DNA of 50,674 nucleotides, filler included, from Catajapyx aquilonaris (Eukaryota), in assembly GCA_000934665.2 (NCBI GenBank). It is 2 parts of 2 records of this genome, joined end to end, with 100 filler letters (N's around TTAATTAATTAA, not from the genome) between each part and the next. Parts side by side here need not be neighbours in the genome. Positions count along the whole stretch, not along the records: positions 1 to 25,287 come from JYFJ02005397.1; 1 more part is not named here. The stretch is one strand, 5' to 3'. The notes under the pieces are model-generated. The model saw only the letters and a program-made list of their open reading frames with translations. It did not search any database and was not told the origin of the DNA. Shown here piece by piece: positions 10,019 through 23,432 of this stretch. How positions within the stretch are numbered: the first letter of the stretch is position 1; each line of letters starts with the position of its first letter. The translations under genes and the position numbers were made by a program.

Positions 10019-10225
10019 TAAAAACTGGGTCATGCTGGTGCATAATTTGTTGCGAGTTACTACTGATGGATATAATAACTGTGAACAGAAATCAGCAGGA
10101 TACATATAATACTTCCAAAAGCCTTGCAAACCATTTCAATAATCTTTAATAGAACATGCACATATACACAGGAATGAAGTTGTTGTCATGGCTCTCTTTG
10201 ATTCGCTGCCTGGTCTGCCATGCAG

Positions 10226-11571
10226 TCACTTCTTCCGGAATTGCTTCATAAACAGGACCATTGCTGCAAAATTATGTAGAAGTTTATGAAGACAATGAAA
10301 ATTACTAATGACATGTCTGTTGGTCTGGTCATGACCATTTATGAGCTGCATAAGACTTCAAAATGTTAATTGCAATAAAATTTAGACTTAGAAGGCCTAT
10401 ATTATGTACCTTTTAGGCCATACTACATGTGACTCAAATTTAAAATAAGTTCAGGAAATCCTATTCTTGTAATGTACTGCTCCCTCATTGATACGCGAAC
10501 AGCATAAAGGAATACACACCTATAAAAGTGGAGGTGACGATGACAAGGACCATCCAGAGCCAGCACCTGCAGGCTCTCCTGTTGTGTTCCTGCAGCCTCT
10601 CACTCTCTACCTGCAGGCGCCCAGAATTGGCATCTGCAAGTGCACTACTCTGCTCCAGGACTTTGGTGTCACCCTGAACTATCCCCTGGGCCACCCTGCT
10701 TTGTTCTTTGAGATTGCGTGTCAAGCTCAGCATGTGGTCTGCTATCTTCTCCTGCATGGCTTGATGGTACCGCATCAGAGCATCCATGTCCTCCACGCCT
10801 CCGCTATTGCCATCTGGACGGCGTTGTCGCAACACCCCATCTTCTGCAGGAGGATCAGATGAAAATATATTACAACATGATCAAAACAAAATTTTAATGA
10901 TTGAGAGAAATATGATAACCATTCTCAGGGCCCAGTAGCTCCTCCCGCAAATTCTTCTCTGCTCTGACAGTAGTTCTGTGATGCAACTCTTTGGTCGCAG
11001 TCTCTGGGACAGCAGATGGAACGGGTGTCAGTATCTGGGCAGCTACCACTCTTTCAGCTGCTGTCGGCTATTGAAATAAGAAATATTGTCAAAATGAAGC
11101 CAGATCAATCTCCCATCACGAGGCTTTTCAACAGCACCAAGATTGGTGGATGGAAACTTACAAGTTTGGCCGTGGCAAGAATTCCTTTCAGAAATGTTAT
11201 TTTGCGGCCATATTCAATCACAGTGTCTCGCTTTGGTGGGCTGAAATGGTCAGCAATGTCAAATAGCAATGCAAAAGGTCACTACTACAATCTCGATGCT
11301 TACTTAGGACTCCTCTGAAGATCAGAAAGCATATCCTCCAGGGAAGTAACATACTGGAAATTAATGAACCTCCATGAGAATCCTAACTCCAAATTAAAAC
11401 CAGTACCCTTCTGACCTTGTCCAACCTCCACTCCTCCCCTTGGCTTGATTCCTTCTCGGCAGCCAGCTCCTCACACCGTGTCAGAAGGCGGCGGAAGTTG
11501 ACCTCCAACCGCGAGCGATGCTGCTGCTGCTGCGTTGGGGCCCTCCCTTCGCCTGAACTGTCGCTGTCCAT
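10226..11571 (-). CDS. USE1: Vesicle transport protein USE1 (ER SNARE)
   Basis: Exons 11571-11416, 11353-11304, 11240-11162, 11067-10920, 10843-10520, 10263-10226. Motifs SRLEVNFRRLLTRCE...EWRLDKYVTSLEDML and QEKIADHMLSLTRNLKEQS, with a C-terminal TM anchor ending ...FIAMVLFMKQFRKK*. Confidence 0.93.
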
Positions 11572-11859
11572 GGTCACCAGCTAGTCATCTCAGAAGTACT
11601 GAAAGAGGACCACGCACCATTACCATCATTCTGTACTAAAGTATGTCTACGGATACACCGACATGCTCTGCACCGTTGCATAATAACTGCATATCTAGTG
11701 GGCACCAACAGTACTCACCACTGCACTGGTGGCAATTCCAGCTTCAATATCCATCAGCATGACTCTCAAATAATTAAAAAATGCCAACCATACCAAATGG
11801 AATGGATCCAATCGCCATCATGCACTACCAGCATCACCAGTTGACACTATCCAGCGACG

Positions 11860-11945
11860 GAGGTGCGCGTGCGCCACCTGCCTCTCTAGGCTCTGATTGG
11901 TCCTTTTTTTCACTTCCCCTCCTCTGATTGGTCCTTTCCTCAGTT
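11860..11945. promoter_or_regulatory. Probable bidirectional promoter between USE1 and the GOLM-like gene
   Basis: The two ATGs are head-to-head ~500 bp apart. Two ctctgattggtcc (CCAAT box) copies at ~11891 and ~11922. Confidence 0.55.
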
Positions 11946-12067
11946 TCTCGTGAGCTGTCTGCTGTGAGGTCGGCCATGTTTGTTCTGTTGTTGTGAAGTG
12001 AAGGGTGTTGGTCACTGGGCTGTTGTTCGGTCGGGTTGTTCGAGAGAGACGGGAGCAGACGGGGCAG

Positions 12068-15000
12068 ATGGGTACGTGGGAGCTGCCGTCCTCATCAGCG
12101 ATGCGCGGCAACCACTACTACAGCGGGAGGTGCCCGCCCTTCCTGGTCGCAGGCTTGGTCCTGGCCTGCGTCTTGCTCCTCTACAACTACTGGTCGCTGT
12201 CCCTGCAGAACTATGAGCTGGTTAAGCAAGTGGAGCTGCTGCAAGAAGAGCTCAAGCTCGTGTAAGGGTGTCACGATGGGTACATCCTGAGGTCACTGTT
12301 TAACCACGGTTGCCTCTTTGACAGGTCGGGGAGGCAGGTGGAGTGCGAGAGGCAGCACGAGGCCCTGCATACCAGGCTGAGGGATGCGGAGGACGAGATG
12401 GGGAAGCTGCAGGTGATGGCCAACAAGAGGGACGAGGAGGTCAAGGAGGCCAGCAGGCAGGTGCAGAAGAAGGAGGGGGACGTCTCCTCCCTCAAGAACG
12501 ACCTAGAGAACGTCAGGCAGGAGGCGCAGAACTGCAGGGAGGAAATCGTAAGGGTTCTTGGTTTGTGCATGGTGGACATTTCGCAGGCTCATCCGGAGTG
12601 GTATTCCACACCTCCATTGCGTGGTTCTAAAGGCCGGTACCCACGTACAAGTTTTCTCGCATACGAGGAGCCAACTGCACATGCCCGGATACGAGGAATG
12701 AGGAAATGTTGAAAATTTTCAACTTTAATCCCCTTTTCGAGGGACAAGAGGGGTCCTGAGGCGACAAAGAGTCCATCTCGACGTACAAGATTTCTCGCGC
12801 AAGAGGACTGGCATGGGAGGAACTTGCACGTTGATACCGGCCTTAAGGCCCTTGCCACACTAGGTGGAATTTCCGTCGCAGTCCGCTCAAAAAAATCAAA
12901 CACATTGTAGTAAACAGGATTCCGTTAAACGGAAAAACCGTCGTGTGTGTCTCATCCCGACGGAATCCCGTTTACTACCCTGTGTTTTATTTTTTTGAGC
13001 GGACCGCGATGAAAATTCAGCCTAGTGTGGCAAGGGCCTAAGAATCTGTCTTAAGATTGGAATTCATTATTTACTAAATTCCTCGAGGTTTAGTGCAACA
13101 GCAGCACATTTTTAATGCATTCATTGCACAAGCCAGAGTGCTAGGAATTTTTAGTTCCACCGTTATCACAATATGTGCATGACGTCACTATGAACATCCT
13201 GGTGGCGACTGAAGATAGCAGAGCCTGGCTCCATTTTTATTTTATTGTTTGATAACTGAATGCCATTTGCCAATGCACTTAAAATGGCCTGCATATTTTT
13301 TCCCTCGTCAAGCCTGTGAATGTGTTTTCAAAGCATAACATATGCAAATCTAAAAATTATAATTGCAGAAAGGTTTTTTTCTTTTAATGTAATGTTGTAT
13401 TGCATTTCTCGGTAGGTCAATAGCCCTTAGAAAATGGTATTTCCCATTTGTCACTTTTGGCTCATTAATTTTCACACAGAAAAACATGGAGACAAGTGTG
13501 GCAACGAAGGACGAACTGATCGCCAAACTTCAGAGCAACACTGAGAAGTTCATGAAGGAGAAGCACAATTCTGTGAAAGAAGCCAAGGAAAAGGAGAAGC
13601 AGCTCTTGGCCGTCATTGAGCAGGTGAGGACTTATCCGAATTGGCCGCATTACGTAAACCGGTGTTTTACTCAGTTGTTGTCTTCCAATATTTGCAGCTG
13701 AAAGAAGATAAGCAGAATCAGGATTTGCAGAGTGGAAACCTTGGTGAGTTGAATGAGTCGCATGTTTTATTTTTTGGAGGAATGGTTCAAATGTAGGGAA
13801 CGGATCAGCATGAGTCTTTTGATTAGAGAAATCTTTGCTTGTATGCTTTTACAGTGATGAATAATTTTTCCAGACTTGTTACGTAGGGTTTCTGCCTGAA
13901 TTTTTCTAACCAGCTGCCATACATTTTTGCAATCCATTTTTTACTGGAGGTTTTAACAGTTGTTAACAGCATTTAATTGCTAACGTGCATTTGGTTTGCA
14001 CTGTTTTTGTCACTGGCCAGGTGCAATTTTTGGCGACAGTACTGCTATCTAAAGCAATTGAAATAGCATGCAATCTCTTGTCATTTTGCACGAAATTATC
14101 CTATTGTGTGGGGTACAATGGGTTGTATCAATCAGTCAGTAAGGCTTGCCAAGATGTAACAGGGCAAGTAAGATAAAATAACTTTTCAAGTAAGGTTTTA
14201 GCTAATAATCAAAGTTAGCCATCTGATTAGCTGATGGGAAGTCTGTTGATTACGTAATTAATCTTGCACTAAATACGTTCGCTTGTAACGCTGTATATAT
14301 GTCTCCTACTTGCTTCAAAGACAAAGTAACGGCCAATTTTCACATTGTCACTGAGGGTGTTTATGCCTTGAACGTAACAAGTATAAACTAGCCATGACGC
14401 AGCACTTGCGACAATAGCTACACTAGGCATAATCACTTGTACAAAATGCCACTCTAGCACTATGCAACTTAATGTTTGTGACATTAATTCTGTGTTTGTC
14501 CTACGCAGTTAAAATAAAAGGGAGAGTCAAGAGGTAAGTTGAATTTTTATTCACTCAGAATCAGTAGGCTAACTGCATGTGTGACGATATGTTGTACACA
14601 TACGATGTCTACCTGTTACGGTGCATATGCATTATTTACACAAGGACATTTGTCTCGCAATGCATGAATTGTCAGCACTCATTTATGGATACGCACCTCA
14701 CTATGCAACACCACTCAAAAGTGTTCTGTACCTTAAGTCTTCAGTGGCGAGCCGTGCTGTTACGAGAGAAATGTCTGCGGATAAATAATGGTTGTGTAAG
14801 TATGTGTATAGCAAATTTTTACACGTGCAGTGAAGGTACTGAGTGAAGAAAAAATTATACTTCGGTACTCTCCCTTTTCACTGTTAGACTGTAGATGTAA
14901 TTGGTCATGCACAGGTTTCCAACAAATACGTGACCTTGTTTTTTTTTACAATACCAGTATTAATGGACAGCAAAGGAGCCAAAAATTGCACACGGAGACC

Positions 15001-16824
15001 GTAATTCAAATGGTGTGAAACTGTACCGCAGCAGTTGCACATTTATTTATTTCTCACTCTGGACCCCTTAATTTTTCTAACTCTGCACTCGCCTGGCAAA
15101 CCCCAAACTTCTAGTCGCTAATGGTCAGGAGATGAACTCTCCCCTGGAGTCCCTGCTGCCTGTCTCCCCCATCCCCGGTAGGAGGGGCAGCTCCACTGGG
15201 AAAGTTCTCAAGCACGTGTACGTTCAGAGCAAAGGCCTGAAGGGCATGAAGTGGCACGAGGACTTGCCCATACTAGTCCTTGACCCCCCTGGCGTGCCCA
15301 GGCCACCTCCAAGGTTCAGTGTGGCAGACCTGGCAGGTGGGTCATCTACCCGTCTTTTTTTGGGCCGTGTTTTGATAGGTAACATTGCAATTGCTTGTGG
15401 CTTACGACCTTGGACGTTACGGACAAGAAGTGATTCGGTGCATAAGTTCTGTTAGGTTCTACAACTGTTACTGTTGCTAAAAAATATATCGCGGCCACTC
15501 GATTGCAATGTTACAGTGGGCTGGCTTGATATGGAAGCCCCGAAGGGCCTTACTGATTGTTTTGCGCATTTTGGCTGAATTTATATGCATAATGCATTGT
15601 AATTACTAATTAGAAATGATTTGGCAACTGCATCACAAAATATTTTTAAATCAACATGAGTTCTTAGGGGCTTCCGTAGACTGCGGACCTTGGAATGCTT
15701 CATTGGGAATTTAACATTGGGGATCCGAAGTAACAGTTAATAAAAATATTCTGCCGTGTATGGCAAAGTGGTGAAATATTCCAAGAAGTTCCCAAACTGC
15801 CATGAAATGTTTGTTTCGTCACTTCATTGCTGTGTCAAACTAAGGTTATTTTGCTGCCTGAAATCTGGACTCTTCTTGATCACTATGCAGCTAATGGTGG
15901 TTTGGAATTTATTATCTGGGTTGTTCGCCTTGTGGTTGAGAACCTGACACTTGTAGCCATACTCTTGCATGGCTGGGTCCTAATGGGCTGCCTGCTGTTA
16001 GACCTTATTCACACTGCACTAAACAGCGCATGAAGGATGCATGAACTGATGTGAATCTGGCCTAAGACGTAGGTTTACGCTGCTCTATCGCATGCTTTGC
16101 TCTTACGACTTTTCAACAGATTGAAGAACTTGTTTGCAAAAACTCACCGAGTCCATCAACTTTTTGAATGCAATATAAAGAGGAGGGATGGACTCGGAGG
16201 AGCATTTTGTCAAAAGAGAGCTCTTCAGGTGAAGGCTGTTGTGTCATGGCCTCATTTTCTTACTTGCGGTATCAGCAGGAAAGCAGGGTGGTGGCCCTGG
16301 CGACAAACCAGTAACAAGCGACCCCAAGGCCAAAGCCCAGCTGGACGCAGCCGAGGACAGGGAGAGGCAGCACAAGCTGGTTCTGGAGAGGCCGGGGAAG
16401 AAGGAGGAAGCAGCTCCAGGGGAGAAGAAGACAGAGAAAGACGCAGTGCTGGAGGTCCCCAAACAACAGAAAAGTGGGTGTTACATTTCGGATCAGCTAA
16501 TTTCCACTGTTGATGTGTTCCGTTTATCTAGCTCCAGATAACAACCTAGACACCATGGAAGATGACATTGATCCATCGAGGTTGGGTGAGGATGCAGACC
16601 AGAACGGGGATGGATCTTTGGACGAAATTCAAGGAGCAGGAGCTGCTGCGGGACAAGGGGCTGCAGGACCTGGGGCCGATCCAGGGGCAGGAGTGGTGCC
16701 TGCACCTGTCGAGGGAGCTGGAGTGGGGCCTGCCCCAGGAGTGCTCTCGGCAGCAGACAAGGACGCACTGGACGTGATGGCTCGGAATTTGGAGAACCAG
16801 CAGGAGCCCAACAATGAACCCTAA
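12068..16824 (+). CDS. GOLM1/2: Golgi membrane protein GOLM1/GOLM2(CASC4)-like type II membrane coiled-coil protein
   Basis: N-terminal GRCPPFLVAGLVLACVLLLYNYW signature followed by coiled coil and an acidic C-terminus. Exons 12068-12261, 12325-12547, 13480-13623, 13698-13743, 15115-15336, 16279-16473 and 16532-16824 join in phase. Confidence 0.8.
12632..12842. mobile_element. PIF/Harbinger-like MITE (older)
   Basis: Imperfect terminal inverted repeats ggccggtacccacgtacaagttttctcgcat / atgggaggaacttgcacgttgataccggcc in a TAA/TTA context. Absent from the duplicated intron at ~24855. Confidence 0.65.
12847..13038. mobile_element. PIF/Harbinger-like MITE
   Basis: Perfect 18-bp terminal inverted repeats ggcccttgccacactagg / cctagtgtggcaagggcc, with extended internal symmetry. 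TAA target-site duplication at 12844-12846 and 13039-13041. Confidence 0.9.
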
Positions 16825-18805
16825 GGCTTGGGGAGATGTAGTGGCACTGACTGGACCGTAGGTGTTGATTGTGACTGAGTGTAACCGCCAGTGACTTGCT
16901 ACTCTGGGGGTTCGATAATGGTGAAACACAAGATTGTTCCTGTCATCAATTTTTAGAAGTGATCAGAGCTTGGCTCGCAAGAGGCGGACGGAACTGATCG
17001 AGCGTTAGAACTATTTGGGCTGGAGGAGATTGACGCTGATGTTTTTTATATCATGCATTTCTTTGGACACTGTTATGAATTATTGACATTCTTTGACTTT
17101 CAGGTGCTATTGTCTTGATCAGCAGCGACAAATAAGTTTTACAGTGAGCCTCTCAATTGTGTATCTATTTGCTCAATGGCTAGATGGCAGTGTAATGGCC
17201 TTTTTACACGATTCCTCTGCTAGCAAATGAGCCTGTGGTGTTTCATGGACAGCATGCTGCATGGACGAGCTTCTGTTTTGCTAGCCGCGACCTCGTGCAA
17301 ACGGGCTTTGACCGCTTTCATGTGCCATTTGGTCGGATGGATATGAGTTAGCATGACCTTGCCATCCGGTGACTGGAAAGCCTGAAACATTTGCTCCCAT
17401 CATGAATCCGTGATGACGATGGGAACATATGTTCAGTAAGCGGAGGATACCAACAAGTTTAGCTGTGCTCTGCGATTGATTTTAGCGGGAGTTATTAGAT
17501 CATGTGATGGAATAGTGTAATATTGGTGCATGCACAGTAAAATTCCCGGTGTTTTAAAATTCTAGTGTGAATAGGGGAAAATTTGTGGGACTTTTTCATT
17601 AGACATGGTCGAGAGTAACTCCCACTAAAAGTAGTGTCGGAGCATGCCTAGCGTGATCCTTGTTCGTATCGTTTTATGAGACAGTACCTTGAAATTCCAC
17701 ATTATTATTATTAGACACATTGCTCATCTCAGGATTTAATCAGTTTAATTACTTGAGTGTTGCACACATTCGTGTCGGAATGTGGTTTTGGTAGGTGTTA
17801 GTTGCAGCACAAATGGCGTTTTGACCATTTTGTTTTGTACATGAATCTTGAATGTCATAAAAACCAGAGCAAAACTTGGCGATGTGGATGCACGGCACGC
17901 AGCTACTTTGCCGTCGCAGCTGCAGATTTAGCTTCGTTTCCGATGAGCGTTCCAGTAATGTCAATGGCAACTCCCGCTGACGGGGTTATTTAGGTAGCGA
18001 AGTTCGTGTCTCGTAGGTAACATGAACCTCCGACGATGTTCTTCCCCTTTGTTCCTATTCGCTGTACTTACGTTACTTTTTTTCGGGTCGCTTTGCAATA
18101 GACTGGGTATCATGAACGAATCTATATGTATATAAATGACGCTGTACCTATCATTGACCATTTTAGTGTTGGCGAAATAGTACAAGTCGGGTGTGGCAGT
18201 CGTCGTCATGCTTTTTAAAAGTAGCACCTTCCACGCATCGAGTGCGTTTTGCCGTGGCAATGTTTTCCAGCGATCGGAAGGTCGTGGTTTGTATGCTGTT
18301 TTTTTTATCAACGTGTGGAACAGTTTGAAGTGAAATAAAAATGTGACCTGTTGAATCCGTCTTTGGATTTACCGCATCCAGCATTTGCACCGTTGTCGTA
18401 CGTCGCCGTACTTATGAGCAGTTGTTGATTGTTTGCAAATATGGTAACAATGAGAGGGTCTAACCTGCTCAGTATAGCAGCAATTCGAAGGTACATTTTT
18501 ATTTAATTTTATTTAATTCAAATGTGTACTACTGATGATACCATCGATGCTGGTGCTATTCCCTATCTTCATCGGCATATTTCCGCCATGTTGGTAATTT
18601 TTTCAGAGTGAGCTACATTTTGGGCTAGTTTTCCCCGAAAATATTCTTTCCAATGGACCTCTTCAGCTGCAGAATTTAAGAGGAGGATCTACTGGCCACC
18701 TGAGGTCCGAAGTGGCAATATTACATCTGAAGTAAGTGGGGCTTGCCAAAGGGTTACAACGCTGTACAACTCCGCTCTTATTGTTCCCAGGCAGACCTTT
18801 ACCAA

Positions 18806-21485
18806 ATGGCAGACTCGATGGTTCCTGTCTGTAGCACCCAGGACTTCAATGCCCAGTGGGCGGAGATCACCCCTGAGTTCTTCGAGTGCGTCAAAGGTAA
18901 GACGACATGTCGTATGTCGCAAAAGGTTTGATCCCTCCGTTTCCTTACAGAAATGGAACTGGGTGAGCTCCTCCACGACAGCATGTTTGGATTGTTCGAG
19001 GCCATGTCGGCCATTGAGATGATGGACCCGAAGATGGATGCTGGGATGGTCTGCAACCGGGGGAAGAAGAGGGCCCTCACCTTCGACCAGGCGGTGAAGG
19101 TGGGTCAAAGGCGCAGGAGGCACCGGGCAGTATGTACCGTTCATATTATTACAGGAGGGCAAGTTAAAACTGGATAAGCTGACTCCGGCTGAGCAGATGG
19201 CAGTGATTGACACCACCTTCGCATGCCTGGTGACCTGGCTGGAAGGTCACTCCCTGGCTCAAACAGTATTCACCAACCTCTACCTCCACCGACCCCATGA
19301 AGTCAAAGACCACCTTGTAAATGCTTTCAGCATATGCATACTCAAGCTGATAGACACCATCAAGGAATATGTCAACAGGTCAGTTTTAATTGTTGTAAAA
19401 TTCCGGAAGTGTACGAGTTGGGGACATCCACAGGGCGTCCGTGTTCGAGGAAGAGGACTTCCAGCCAGTTGTGTATGGATTCAGACTGGCAGTGGAAATC
19501 AGCGACCAAAAGGCAGTTGCCATGTTGCGGGAGGTGGAAGATGAGCTGCAGCGGAAGTGTAGATCCACCAGGGCCAGACCAGGAGAGAAGGAAGGGGAGA
19601 GGGACCCAGCCCTGGAGCAGGCCCATAGGAGCGCTTCAGGCCTCCACGCTCGATTGAGGTTCCTCCGCCTGCTATACCAGGTCAGTCGCATCGTTGGCAC
19701 TGTTGGGCAATCCTTGACGTCATCTGTGTTTGCAGGCCCTGCTGTGCTTTGGCCGGCGCGACCCTTCAAGTCTGACCGAGTGCCAGCGTTTCTTGTCTGG
19801 CTGCAAAGAGGCCCTGGCAATGGTGGCAAAGGAAGGGGTCATGGAGGCCAGCTGTGGAGAGGATGGCTCGGAATCTGTCCTAGGCTTTGAACCAATGGTG
19901 AACCAGAGGCTGCTTCCCCCAACCTTTCCCAGGTACACTCGTCTCAAGTCCAGGAAGGAGGCTTTTCTTTACCTGGAGCAGCTGCTGGTCAGGCTGCAGC
20001 ATGCGTGTCGGGTGGCCAACTGCGCCTCATTTCACTCAGCCATGGTGAGACTGGCATTCACTGGATTTTAATAGCCTGAACTTGACGTATTTCTCACTTC
20101 CTGTGCAGGATTTCTTTCTGGAGTTTTCCCAGCAGTCCCCATGCGTCTTGTCCCGCTCAGTCCTGCAGCTGCTGTACCTTCCGCCATGCAACCGTGTCCT
20201 GGGCGCCAATCCCCTGACGGAAGTCCTGAAGGACTCGGCACGGTCCTTCATATGCCCCCCTGTACTGGCCTCCAAGTCGCCACTCATGTCCAACCCGCAG
20301 GCTCGGGAATACTTGGAGACGTTCATGAGCCACTGTGCCAGGCCGTTCGTGGCACTGCTGCAGATCTGCGGACACAACAGGGCTAGGCAGAGGGACAAGT
20401 TGGCTCACATTCTGGAGGAGTTTGCTAATCTTCAAGATGAGGTTAGCTCCATTAGGTTCTGGGAAGGCAGCGTCCACATGGCATCTGACACTTATACACC
20501 ACTTCTACTCTACAGGCTGAGCGGGTGGATGCCTACCTGCACAACCTAGGCATGAAGTCAGACTCCCCAAGGTCCCACTTGGCCTGCTTTGGCACCTGGA
20601 TCCTCTACCACACCCTTAGAGTGATGGTTCGTTACCTGCTGAGTGGGTTCGAACTGGAACTGTATTCCCCGCACGAATTTAGATATGTTTATTGGTACCT
20701 GTACGAGTTCCTGTATGGTTGGCTGGCATCTTCCTGCAGTAGGGCAGATGGCATTCTGGCAGAGCAGGAGGCACTGGCTGACATGGGAAGTGGAGGGGGT
20801 GGTGGGAGTGGAGGGGGCCGAAGCGGAGGAGGAAGAGGAGCCAAAGGTCGAGCCAAGGCCAGGAAGAAGAAGGGGGCCAGACCCATATCCAGGGACGTGG
20901 CGCTCTCACAGGCACTGCAAGCCTTCTCAGGTTGGTAATTGGACCCATGTATTGCATTAATACGTCTACACAGAACATCCCTTCTTAGGTGCTTACTACA
21001 AGGCGATGACAGCCTTGCATGTGGATGGGCGGATTCTTCGTCCAAACCCCGAGTTTGATAATGAGCAGGTGCGCTACGAGCACCGTTTCTCGCCATTCAG
21101 CTCCGTGCGGACTCCCCCACTGGTTCATTATTCACAGTACTTAGAAATGACCGCACTAGTCCAGGAGGGTGGCATCATGCCCACTGCTGCCTCTCTTTAT
21201 GTATCAGCATGCAGGCTGTTCCACCAAACGAGAACCCTGCTCGAAATGGTGCAGCCTCCAGACGATGAGGTCAGTCTCACAGTTGCCTCATTAACCTGCA
21301 ATTTCTTCCTGCATAAGTCGGATAATAACACGCTTTATCTGCAGGTTCACGCCCTTCTTAAGATCACCAAGACCAATTTTGTAGTGATGAAGCTTCTTGC
21401 TGGGGGACACAAGAAGGACCAGATCCTGCCACCAGAATTTGATTTCTCTCTACATTTGCACTTTCCCATTATTAAGCTTGTGTGA
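18806..21485 (+). CDS. NAA35: N-alpha-acetyltransferase 35, NatC auxiliary subunit (Mak10)
   Basis: Exons 18806-18896, 18951-19099, 19155-19378, 19434-19680, 19736-20044, 20109-20441, 20516-20930, 20989-21269, 21345-21485. Motifs [93 protein letters not shown]. Confidence 0.97.
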
Positions 21486-21803
21486 ATTTTTTGTACGTAA
21501 AAAAACAAGTGGTGAGCCGCAAGTGTTGTTATTCAGTTGGTTTTTCAACGAAATCTGTGTGTATGTCGAAAGTGCGCTGGATTAAAAATCTCCTGAGATA
21601 GTGTCAGTCATCATTTTCTATGTTCATGTTATGATCCGTTTAATTATAAATTGACACTACACGTCCGCACATGCTGGTCCGCATGTGTGGACGACAGTCG
21701 AGCAATCATAAATGGCACATGTAAGTTGCTAGATGACGAATGTTTGTGGAAAGGTGACCATGGTTGCAACAATTCTAATTTGTATACTGTATTCCCCATT
21801 ATC

Positions 21804-22736
21804 ATGTCCGGACAGCCAGGCAATGTTGGCTCAACATATCAGTTTGGATGCAAAGCCATCGCTACCGGTTCGACAGGCCAGTCTGTGAACCATCACGCAA
21901 TGCAGGTCAGGGGCGCATCTAGCCAAATTATATTTTGTAATTTGTATGTTGTTCATAATCGTGAGCTGTACTATTGAATTTACCATCAGGTCTATGGTGG
22001 CTATCAATTTGGTGCAACCCCCACATTTTTCAATGCTCTAAATACAACCCAATCAAAAATGCAAGTGGGTTTTCCCACTACCACAAACCAGTTTGGAGTC
22101 TCAGCTCGTAAGTCCGCAGCAGGCTTCCTTACGACGTTCAACTCTCCAAGTCGACGTGTTACTCTTACGGCAAAGGGTAGTAGCCTGATACAGAGTATAA
22201 TGGCCGAGTACAAATGCATCGCTGCCATGAAGAGGTACGAGACCATGAGCATGGAAGAACTGCGTGTGAAATATTACGCTGCCTTTCGCAAGGTGCTGCC
22301 AGCAGTTTGGTCCCATCCCAGTCACAACCAGACAGGCACTCCAGCACCCCCCAGCATGCCAGTCGTGCAAGTGACGCAGGAGGACAAGTCGCCTTTGGGC
22401 ACCGCCATCTCCCTCTTCGGCCCCTACGTTGCAGGGATAGCCCTTGGCACCAGAGTCCAGTTCAGACCAACCAATAATATAGACGTGGTGGAGAAGAACG
22501 GACAGACCAGCTACATACAGACTCTCCTACAGTGCATCACTACCATGCGAGAGTACGACGGAAAGAGCCTGGAGGAGCTGCGCATGGAGGACTACCATGC
22601 CAACTGCAATGGGAAGCACGACAACTCTAGAGAAGCACCATCCTTCCCGGCAAGTACTGGTGCGTTCCCAGCGACGCATGGCAGTGCAGACACTGCAGCA
22701 GCATCACGATGGCTCCAGTTGTGGGGCATGCCATAG
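21804..22736 (+). CDS. Truncated Nup98-derived protein with two GLEBS (Rae1/Gle2-binding) motifs, ~282 aa
   Basis: Exons 21804-21905 and 21990-22736 (phase 0). A few FG motifs, plus motifs YKCIAAMKRYETMSMEELRVKYY and VQFRPTNNIDVVEKNG...LQCITTMREYDGKSLEELRMEDYHAN. AATAAA at 22808. Confidence 0.75.
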
Positions 22737-23432
22737 GGCATATTCAAACATGACTTTTTAATTTTTGTATTGTTAATTCTTTTGCTTGGACCACCAGTGA
22801 ATACAAAAATAAAGGAGGCCAACTCTACAACAATGCTTGGGTGGAATTTTTGTTGTATGGTACTGCTGCTAGTACGACGAGAATTCCACCCCTTGTTTTT
22901 TCAACTGCTGGCATCAATACGCTGCATATGTGTCGCTATACAGGACGTGTCTTATCGGCATATGTCTTCGACGACCTGGAAAAGACGAGATTTTCAGCAA
23001 TATTTTTATTCACATTTTACTCCCTCCAGGAGGGCCACCCGTCCTTTCTGAAGATCAGCGTTGCCATTGCATGCTTATCGATAAAGCATGCAATGGCAAC
23101 GCTGATCTTCATCGCGGGGAATTCCCTATGCCCGTTTCGGTGGATCTTATCTTATCTACTCCTGCTCCGTCCGCTGTTGTCTGCCGGAATCCCTCCGGGC
23201 ACCCTGGCCTGGCAGCACACGCGGGACAGGAACACGCCGCAGGTACTACACTTGCCATAGAGCTTGCACTTGCCTTACATCTAGATGATCTATGAACCAG
23301 ATCTATCGGGGTCATGTGGCGCCTTATTTCAACTCATTGTGCAAACCATCCCCAAAAGTTACGTGCAACAACTTATGTAGAGGCTTGGAAGAGGTTGTAC
23401 TGTTACGTAATACCATATTTTCTTTCCTCAGC

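Noticed and set aside
14509..14533. Possible GOLM micro-exon with good splice signals (cag|...gag|gtaagt)
   Set aside because: At 25 nt it shifts the frame between the flanking phase-1 exons, and I found no compensating exon. It cannot be supported without transcripts.
20785..20880. Gly/Lys-rich insertion in NAA35
   Set aside because: It is a low-complexity expansion in a basic loop that I recall being variable in NAA35 orthologues.
22770..23315. Overlapping ORFs between the two Nup98-like genes
   Set aside because: No recognisable motifs or consistent splice structure.
23292..23432. Upstream extension of the 399-aa Nup98-like ORF
   Set aside because: A polypyrimidine-AG acceptor lies immediately before the MFGQ ATG at 23433, so the extension is probably intronic. 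The in-frame 72-nt segment 23700-23771 is likewise treated as an intron.
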